This document shows, piece after piece, positions 56,011 to 64,000 of a DNA stretch of 64,000 nucleotides. Under the pieces are notes generated by a model. The model worked only from the letters and a program-made list of their open reading frames with translations, was not told the origin of the DNA and made no database searches. Both the position numbers and the translations under genes were made by a program. Numbering within the stretch: position 1 is the first letter of the stretch; each line of letters starts with the position of its first letter. Source of the DNA: an uncultured Enterobacteriaceae bacterium (GTDB taxonomy: Bacteria > Pseudomonadota > Gammaproteobacteria > Burkholderiales > SG8-39); the NCBI GenBank assembly GCA_964576525.1, contig CAZNVH010000041.1:7326-71325 (forward strand). Reading direction: 5' to 3'.

Positions 56011-56361
56011 TTACTGGCTGCCCTTCGAGCTCGCGGCGTAGTCGATGTACAGGCCGACGCTGCCGAACATCGGCACTTCCTTGCGGTAGGCGAAGGCGAT
56101 CACCATCTGGTTGCCGTCTTTACTGATCTCGAGATCCGAGGCCTTGACGGTGTTGATGTCGTCGATCGCCGCGCGGCCCTCCCACGCCCTGCGAATGTCC
56201 GTCGGCGACCCCCCCTGGCGCGCGATGGCCTCGATCGCCGCCTTGGCGGCGCGGAATTCCATGAAGGACGGCACGACCTTCATCGCGAACACCGCGACCA
56301 AGACCAGGATCGCCAAGCCGATGATCAGTCCGATGATGCTGACGCCACGTTGTTTGCGCAT
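56011..56361 (-). CDS. DUF4845 family protein
   Basis: KQRGVSIIGL type-IV-like N-terminus plus TM; between lepB and rnc. Confidence 0.82.
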   Translation of the reverse strand: MRKQRGVSIIGLIIGLAILVLVAVFAMKVVPSFMEFRAAKAAIEAIARQGGSPTDIRRAWEGRAAIDDINTVKASDLEISKDGNQMVIAFAYRKEVPMFGSVGLYIDYAASSKGSQ

Positions 56362-56381
56362 CGCTATTCCTCCCTGCCGCT

Positions 56382-57166
56382 TCAGCGGAACGAGCCGAAC
56401 CGGCCCAGCTCGCTCAGGTTCAGCCAGATGAAGAACGCCTTGCCGACGATGTTCTCGTCGGGGACGAATCCCCATACGCGGCTGTCGCTCGAGTTGTCCC
56501 GGTTATCGCCCATGACGAAGTAATGGCCCGGCGGAACGGTGCATGCCAGGCCGCTGGTATTGTAGTTGCAATTCCCGGCAAACGGGAACGCGCGCCCCGG
56601 CATGACCGATGCCGGCGCGTCCTCGTCGAGCAATATTTCATGGTCGGCGCCGTTGAGGCTCTCGACGAAGCGCCGGGAAAACTGCATGCGCTCCTTGGAC
56701 AGGTAGTCGTCCACCTGGCGCACCGGCACCGGGGAGCCGTTGATCGACAGGCGCTTGTTGCGGTACTCGAGGCGGTCGCCGGGGATGGCGACCACCCGCT
56801 TGATGTAGTCGAGCGAGGGATCCTCGGGGAAGCGGAACACCATCACGTCGCCGCGCGCCGGGCTGTCGAGCTCGATGATCTTCTTGTTGGCCACCGGCAG
56901 GCGGATGCCGTAGGTGAATTTGTTCACCAGGATGAAGTCGCCGACCAGCAGCGTCGGCACCATCGAGCTCGAGGGGATCTTGAACGGCTCGACCAGGAAC
57001 GAGCGCAGCAGGAACACGATCAGGATCACCGGAAAGAAGCTGATCGAGTACTCCACCCACCACGGCTGCCTGGCGTCCGCTGCCCTTCTTTTTCTGAGAA
57101 AGAATTTATCGAACAGCCAGACCAGCCCGGTGACCAGCAGCAGGATCAGCAGGAACAGCGCGAAAT

Positions 57167-57170
<4 letters not shown>
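56382..57170 (-). CDS. lepB: Signal peptidase I
   Basis: [40 protein letters not shown]. Confidence 0.96.
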
Positions 57171-58966
<1,796 letters not shown>

Positions 58967-58975
58967 ATAAAGCAA

Positions 58976-58997
58976 GAGGGTGCCACATGGCACCCTC
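58976..58997 (-). promoter_or_regulatory. Strong hairpin in lepA 5' leader
   Basis: GAGGGTGCC-A(TG)T-GGCACCCTC, 9 nt before lepA ATG; TAAAAT -10 at 59015-59010. Confidence 0.55.
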
Positions 58998-59099
58998 CTC
59001 TAACCTGCTATTTTACCGTAGGAATTACCGCTAATGACTATAAACGTCGGCTAAGCCTTCAGCTTTCATATTGACTGTCCGGACGGTATCGCCGTCACA

Positions 59100-59759
59100 T
59101 TAGAGCCCTTTGGATCGGTTCGTTCGCCATTCACTCCGACAGTCCTCATGATTTGAGAATGCGTATTGGAAAAGTAGTGCTCCCATCGCTCCTTTGCCGA
59201 GATCAGACACACCTACGGAAAGCCGAACCGTGCGCAGCTTGTCCGGCAACCGATGTCGATGTTCCTCTACCCACATCGCAACAAGCCTTCCATTCTGTTC
59301 CATGACCGCCCTGTACCATTCTTTCGGAGGTATGGGCTGTCGCACATCTCTATTCGGTTCAAACCCGATCTGCGGTTTGCCATATTTCTGCGAAAGGACT
59401 CGTACGGTTTCCTCAAATTCATGCTCGATGGAAGACGCAAAGAACAGCTTTCCTTCTGCGAGGATAAAGCAGAGCCCGGATTCCTTCGAAAAGAAGAGTG
59501 TTAGCGATTGAATACTCTCGTTGATGATCGGCGGTTGTTGGACCGTCAACGCGTCCTTACTGTCGCGGACACCCTTAGAGATCTTTTTCGCCGCCTCCCG
59601 AGTCATCCCCTGGTCGTATCCGAACGGTCCTGCCACTGATATCGCGGAGTACCCAAGCAAAGCAGTTGTAGCCACGGTCACGAATACATGAATGAGTAAA
59701 CGATGCTCTTTGGGGGGCGGCCCGACGCGCTGCTTACGCAGCTTCCCTCTCAGTTTCAC
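59100..59759 (-). CDS. Hypothetical exported protein (low-GC island)
   Basis: GTG overlaps upstream TGA; hydrophobic signal-like stretch ending SVA-GPFG; 219 aa. Confidence 0.6.
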   Translation of the reverse strand: MKLRGKLRKQRVGPPPKEHRLLIHVFVTVATTALLGYSAISVAGPFGYDQGMTREAAKKISKGVRDSKDALTVQQPPIINESIQSLTLFFSKESGLCFILAEGKLFFASSIEHEFEETVRVLSQKYGKPQIGFEPNRDVRQPIPPKEWYRAVMEQNGRLVAMWVEEHRHRLPDKLRTVRLSVGVSDLGKGAMGALLFQYAFSNHEDCRSEWRTNRSKGL

Positions 59760-59959
59760 TTGTGCTTCCAGTAATTGATTGTGTAAGCCAGCGTAGTGGC
59801 CGCTACGGAAGCCAGCATGATTACTGAGACAGCCACCGAGAACCAATACAGCGTGGATAGCCCAAAGTGCTCCGCAGCACCCAAGAAACCCAACCCGACG
59901 ACTAAACCCCACAGGTTCTGATTCAGATGGATCTTGAAGTGCTCGTCAAGGCTTGCCAT
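59756..59959 (-). CDS. Small two-TM hypothetical protein (67 aa)
   Basis: AGGAG SD before ATG; two hydrophobic segments. Confidence 0.6.
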   Translation of the reverse strand: MASLDEHFKIHLNQNLWGLVVGLGFLGAAEHFGLSTLYWFSVAVSVIMLASVAATTLAYTINYWKHK

Positions 59960-60038
59960 TTCGACTCCTAAACGGATGCATAACTAAACACGTGTCGGAC
60001 CATTGTTGTTCTGCTGATTGTCGACGCCGGTAGTGGCG

Positions 60039-60611
60039 TTACGTGATGTACTCCATGTCGTACTGAAGCTTCTTCCCACGACAACGTGGACAGAACAACG
60101 CTCGGCTCCTTGTGAGCGTTCCTCCGCATTTGCAGCCCCCGGCCACCACATCGGGTGACGAATTCGCGAGCGCGATAAACGTCCCGCAAGATTCGCACTG
60201 ATATCCAGTGGTACTCGTTTCGCCGTGAACAAAGGAGACGATTTCAGCAGAGTAGCCACATTCCAAGCAGGAAATTGTCCCGGCACCTCCTATGAATTGA
60301 AAGAAGACCTCCGATCGTCTCGCGTCTTCGCCGTCTGTACTGCTACGCCGTGTTCGGAGTTCTTCTCGTACTGCCCCCGGGAGAAAAATCGGCCAAAGCA
60401 AAATAACCCCTAGCGATAGCAACGTTCCGAACAACAGGAGTCTTGATTTTGAAAGTGCCGGACGGCCGTAATAGGCGTTTAGGAGATTCAATCCACGAGC
60501 ATCCGCCGCCGCTTCGGACACTTTCCTACGAAGTGGCCCTGCAGCAAGCAAAGCCAGCCCCACGAGAACATAGAGTGCTAGGCCAGCCAATAGTGCCCCG
60601 CCGATATACAT
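60039..60611 (-). CDS. Hypothetical membrane protein with Cys-rich double zinc-ribbon C-terminus
   Basis: Two TM helices, then CLEC, CESC, CKC, CPRC. Confidence 0.65.
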   Translation of the reverse strand: MYIGGALLAGLALYVLVGLALLAAGPLRRKVSEAAADARGLNLLNAYYGRPALSKSRLLLFGTLLSLGVILLWPIFLPGAVREELRTRRSSTDGEDARRSEVFFQFIGGAGTISCLECGYSAEIVSFVHGETSTTGYQCESCGTFIALANSSPDVVAGGCKCGGTLTRSRALFCPRCRGKKLQYDMEYIT

Positions 60612-61028
60612 TCAATGCATGCTTTGCGGCGTTAGATCAAGACTTAGTAGCGCTCTCGCATTTCTCGAACGAAGCACACGAGCCCCTACTCATGGAGTTT
60701 CGCCTAGTCGAAAAGTTTGCTTCGACGTCCTAGCTCAAACTTTCCACCGCTTGCCGCAGGGAATCCTACGCCGGTTGCCTCATAGACCTTACTGATTAAG
60801 TTTCGAAGCTGCTTTCTGGCAAATTCCTCTGCCAACTGAGGTGCTAACACCGACGCATTGTGCTCAACTTCAAAAGAAGCGGCTGTTGATTTGGCGGCGA
60901 ACTGAATAGCCAAAGATGCAATAGCATGCTCCCGCCTACTGCACCTGCTCTTCCGGCCCATTAACTTCCCCCGAACTTGTTGGAGTTTTGGTATTAAAGC
61001 AACCGGAGTGTTTGACCGCGAGGCGTTT

Positions 61029-61068
61029 AAAAAAGTTGCACCCGTAGTCTTCTAAGAAAAGGTGCGAC
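61029..61068 (-). terminator. Terminator-like hairpin after glutaredoxin gene
   Basis: GTCGCACC..GGTGCAAC (7/8 bp) then TTTTTT on minus strand; long 18-nt loop. Confidence 0.35.
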
Positions 61069-61069
61069 G

Positions 61070-61300
61070 TTAGCCAATTCCCGTCGCAATCTTTAACGCT
61101 GATTTGTCGAGATGATAGTGGCAAATCTCGTTCCCTTGCGCGTCGACAAGGACTGGAACCAGATGTCCATATTCTTTCTTAAGCGCAAGATCCGAATCGA
61201 CGTCGATCTCCTCGAAATCGACCCCGAGCGAGCGCAGCGCCTGCGCCATCTCCTCGCAGAGGTGGCAGCGGCTGCGCCCGTACAGCTTAACCTTTGTCAG
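61070..61300 (-). CDS. Glutaredoxin-like protein (DUF836 type), absent from ORF track; CTG start
   Basis: Manual translation LTKVKLYGRSRCHLCEEMAQAL..EEIDVDSD..YGHLVPVL..EICHYHLD; usual neighbour of mucD. Confidence 0.85.
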   Translation of the reverse strand: MTKVKLYGRSRCHLCEEMAQALRSLGVDFEEIDVDSDLALKKEYGHLVPVLVDAQGNEICHYHLDKSALKIATGIG

Positions 61301-62720
61301 TCAAGCCCGAGATCGTGACGAAGGCGATGTTCTCGCCGCGGCGCACCTGCAGGGTGATCACCGAACTCTTGTCGAGCGCCGCGAGCATCCGGTTGAACTG
61401 CTCGACCGACTTGAGCTCGGTGTGCTGCCCCTTTTGCACCACGGTGAGCAGCACGTCGCCCTTGCGCAGGTCGACCGCCTTGGAGTCGGGGCGCACGTCG
61501 GTGACCACCAGGCCGTAGGTCAGGTTCAGGCCGCGCCGCTGCTCGGCCGACAGCTCGGTCACCACCAGGCCGAGACGGTTCGCCGCGACCTCGGCCGGCG
61601 GCTTGGACTTGCCGGGGGTGTCGCGCGCCGCCACCCGGTCCTCCTGGAGCTCGCCGACCGTGATGCTGAGGCGCCGCGTCTGCCCCTTGCGCCAGACCTC
61701 GACGGACGACGTCGCTCCAGGCCGGGTCGAGCCGACGATGCGCGGCAGGTCGCTCGAGCTGTCGACGGTCTTGCCGTCGAAGCTGACGATGATGTCGGTC
61801 GCCTCGACGCCCGCCTTGTCGGCCGGGCTGCCCTTCTCCACCGAGTTGACCAGCGCGCCGCGCGGCCGGTCCAGGCCGAAGGAGGTGGCGAGGTCGCGCG
61901 ACACCTCCTGGATCACCACGCCGATGCGGCCGCGCGCCACGCGGCCCTTGTCGCGCAGCTGCCTCTGGATGTCGAGCGCCACGTCGATCGGGATCGCGAA
62001 CGACAGCCCCATGAAGCCGCCGGTGCGGCTGTAGATCTGCGAGTTGATGCCGACCACCTCGCCGCGCATGTTGAACAGCGGCCCGCCCGAGTTGCCGGGG
62101 TTGATGGCGACGTCGGTCTGGATGAACGGGACGAAGTTCTCCTGCGGCAGCGAGCGCCCCTTGGCGCTGACGATGCCGGCGGTCACGGTATTCTCGAAGC
62201 CGAACGGCGAGCCGATCGCCAGCACCCACTCGCCCACCTTGAGCTTGGCCGGGTCGCCGAAGCGCACCGCCGGCAGCCCGGTGGCGTCGACCTTGATCAC
62301 GGCGATGTCGGTGCGCCGGTCGGCGCCGATCACCTTGGCCTTGAACTCGCGCTTGTCGGTGAAGCGCACGGTGATCTCGTCGGCGCCCTCGACCACGTGG
62401 GCGTTGGTCAGGATGTAGCCGTCGGCGCTGATGATGAAGCCCGAACCGAGCGAGCGGCTCTCCGACCTCGGCGAGGGCCCGGGCTGCTGGCGCGGGATGA
62501 AGCGGCGGAAGAACTCGCGCACCTCCTCGTCCTCGATCCCCGGCACCTGCGGCGCGGCGCCGCTGCGGCGCACCGCCTGCGTGGTGCTGATGTTCACCAC
62601 CGCGCCGCCCTGCTCCTCGACCAGGCGGGTGAAGTCCGGCAGCTCGCGCCCCTGCGCGATAGCGCCCGCGCAGACAGCGGTCAAGCACAGAACTCCCACG
62701 AATCTCATTACGGCATGCAT
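61287..62720 (-). CDS. mucD: DegP/MucD HtrA serine protease
   Basis: Signal peptide, GSGFII, TNAHVV, DIAVIK, GNSGGPL, two PDZ domains. Confidence 0.94.
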   Translation of the reverse strand: MHAVMRFVGVLCLTAVCAGAIAQGRELPDFTRLVEEQGGAVVNISTTQAVRRSGAAPQVPGIEDEEVREFFRRFIPRQQPGPSPRSESRSLGSGFIISADGYILTNAHVVEGADEITVRFTDKREFKAKVIGADRRTDIAVIKVDATGLPAVRFGDPAKLKVGEWVLAIGSPFGFENTVTAGIVSAKGRSLPQENFVPFIQTDVAINPGNSGGPLFNMRGEVVGINSQIYSRTGGFMGLSFAIPIDVALDIQRQLRDKGRVARGRIGVVIQEVSRDLATSFGLDRPRGALVNSVEKGSPADKAGVEATDIIVSFDGKTVDSSSDLPRIVGSTRPGATSSVEVWRKGQTRRLSITVGELQEDRVAARDTPGKSKPPAEVAANRLGLVVTELSAEQRRGLNLTYGLVVTDVRPDSKAVDLRKGDVLLTVVQKGQHTELKSVEQFNRMLAALDKSSVITLQVRRGENIAFVTISGLTDKG

Positions 62721-62748
62721 GCTTCGGTCTCCCTATCCTGGTCCTATC

Positions 62749-63702
62749 TTACTGCGGGCGCCGGTATTCGACTGCATTGGCGATGCGCTGCACGCTCGTT
62801 GCCGGGGCCTCGCCGACGACCGTCACCACGTGGTTGGCGATCTCGCGCGTAAAGATGTGGATCGCGCCGGCGCGGGCGAGCCCGGGGCGTATCGTGTCGC
62901 GGCGGCCTTCGAGCGATTCGATGAACACCGAGACCGCCGCCAGGCCGTCGGAATACACCAGCTGGGTCGCCGGCCGCGAATCTCCCAGCCGGCGCTTCAG
63001 CTCGAACACCTTGTGGAAGCCGGGCAGCTCGCTTGTCAGGCGCCAGCCCGCCAGCCGCGTCGGGACGGCCCCGGCGTCCTCGACGCGCCAGTTCTCCGCG
63101 GCGTGCCGCGGCTTCACCATGTCGCGCGTCACCTTGCCGACCGAGAGCTGCGTGAACATGAACTGCTCGACCTGCTCGCCCGTGGCGTCGAAGGTCACTG
63201 CCCGCAGCAGCATGCCGCTCGAGACGTCGGCGTACAGCCGGTAGCCGTAGCGCAGGTTGTCGCGCGGCGTCAGCACTACCGCCTGGCAGTCGTAGCCGGC
63301 GATGCGCCGCGTCTCGCCCAGGCTGAACTCGTAGTGGCGCGCCAGCGCGGCGATGCTCTCGGGCAGCAGCGCCGGGAAGTCGCGCTCGGTGCGCCGGTCG
63401 ACCTTGACCACGCGCATGCCCGGCAGGTAGCAGCGCACCGTGTCCCGGGTGCGCACGATCTCGCGCGGCACGCCGTCCATGACCTCGAGCTTCTCGATGT
63501 CGCCGGCCGGGTCGACAAAGCGCGTGATGCGCGAGGTCTCGCTGCGGCTGCCGTTCTGGTAGACGAATGTGCCGCTGTAGGAGAGCTTCTGCGTCGCGTT
63601 CTGCATCTTGCGCAGCCAGCCCAAGGCCTCGGGCGATTGCGCTTGGGCCAAGCCCGGCGCGCACGCGAAAACGATAAGTAGGGCGAAGAACCGCGGCGTC
63701 AA
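62749..63702 (-). CDS. rseB: Anti-sigma-E regulator RseB/MucB
   Basis: TTG overlaps rseA TGA; signal peptide, LSYSGTFVYQ, YSDGLAAVSVFIE, VTVVGEAP. Confidence 0.92.
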   Translation of the reverse strand: MTPRFFALLIVFACAPGLAQAQSPEALGWLRKMQNATQKLSYSGTFVYQNGSRSETSRITRFVDPAGDIEKLEVMDGVPREIVRTRDTVRCYLPGMRVVKVDRRTERDFPALLPESIAALARHYEFSLGETRRIAGYDCQAVVLTPRDNLRYGYRLYADVSSGMLLRAVTFDATGEQVEQFMFTQLSVGKVTRDMVKPRHAAENWRVEDAGAVPTRLAGWRLTSELPGFHKVFELKRRLGDSRPATQLVYSDGLAAVSVFIESLEGRRDTIRPGLARAGAIHIFTREIANHVVTVVGEAPATSVQRIANAVEYRRPQ

Positions 63703-64000
63703 CGCCGCGGCTCCTGCGGGTGCTCGGACACGGTGCGCACATAGGGCGCCATGCCCTGCAGCCACATGCGCGGCGAGAAGCCCTGATGGGCGAGCAGGTA
63801 ATCGTTGGCCGCGGTCGGCAGCGGCACCAGGACCGGTTGCGCTTCGGGCATGGCCTGGGCGACCGCGGCAGGCTGCGGCGCCGCGGCCGAAGGAAGCGGC
63901 AGCTGCGGCGCATAGGCCATCCAGCCGACCAGGCTGACCGCCGCGAGGCTCGCCGCGGCCGAGAGCGCGTACCAGGTGCGCTGCCGGGCCGCAAACCGGC
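63699..64000 (-). CDS. rseA: Anti-sigma-E factor RseA/MucA (5'-partial)
   Basis: TM AAASLAAVSLVGWMA and C-terminal NDYLLAHQ; upstream of rseB. Confidence 0.8.
   Translation of the reverse strand, partial: RFAARQRTWYALSAAASLAAVSLVGWMAYAPQLPLPSAAAPQPAAVAQAMPEAQPVLVPLPTAANDYLLAHQGFSPRMWLQGMAPYVRTVSEHPQEPRR

Larger units (their letters stand above)
59020..61069. mobile_element. Low-GC accessory insertion between glutaredoxin gene and lepA
   Basis: Visible drop in GC and codon bias; interrupts mucD-glutaredoxin-lepA synteny; no integrase or transposase inside. Confidence 0.55.

Noticed and set aside
59760-59912. N-terminal 51 aa of the 270-aa island ORF
   Set aside because: Overlaps the SD-preceded 67-aa gene; GTG at 59759 is the better start
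60704-60961. 85-aa island ORF
   Set aside because: No SD or motif; may be a fragment or non-coding, so not listed as a CDS
60973-61000. GAACTT as a sigma-E promoter
   Set aside because: No TCTRA-like -10 at 16-17 nt spacing, and it is opposite to local genes

Overview
High-GC betaproteobacterial (Burkholderiales-like, inferred from synteny and protein motifs) chromosome segment, almost all core genes and very tightly packed. Left part, mostly + strand: smc(partial)-zipA-ligA-galU-def-ppk2, map/glnD, rpsB-tsf-pyrH-frr-uppS-cdsA-dxr-rseP-bamA-skp-lpxD-fabZ-lpxA-lpxB-rnhB-trmH-like, ppsR/ppsA, smpB/ratA-ratB, guaB-guaA, tadA, an mtnA + aldolase/SDR + lsrF region, ygfZ, mltG-tmk-holB. Right part, mostly - strand: rseA(partial)-rseB-degP-glutaredoxin, a ~2 kb low-GC insertion, lepA-lepB-rnc-era-recO-pdxJ-acpS-nagZ, efp, uvrC-pgsA, tRNA Gly-Cys-Leu, and an aromatic-catabolism block. 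A XerCD dif-like site (43903-43930) with convergent KOPS marks the probable replication terminus. Highlights: (1) a candidate new SAM by-product (5-deoxy-/methylthio-pentose) salvage route from MtnA, a coupled aldolase-SDR fusion and an orphan LsrF; (2) an atypical EF-P (extended VGGRGG loop, no earP); (3) a tRNA-Leu with a reciprocal C19:G56 swap; (4) pervasive leaderless-type promoters; (5) genes without canonical start codons; (6) a cassette-like low-GC island. No CRISPR array, integrase or transposase was seen. All calls are by eye; no searches were run.
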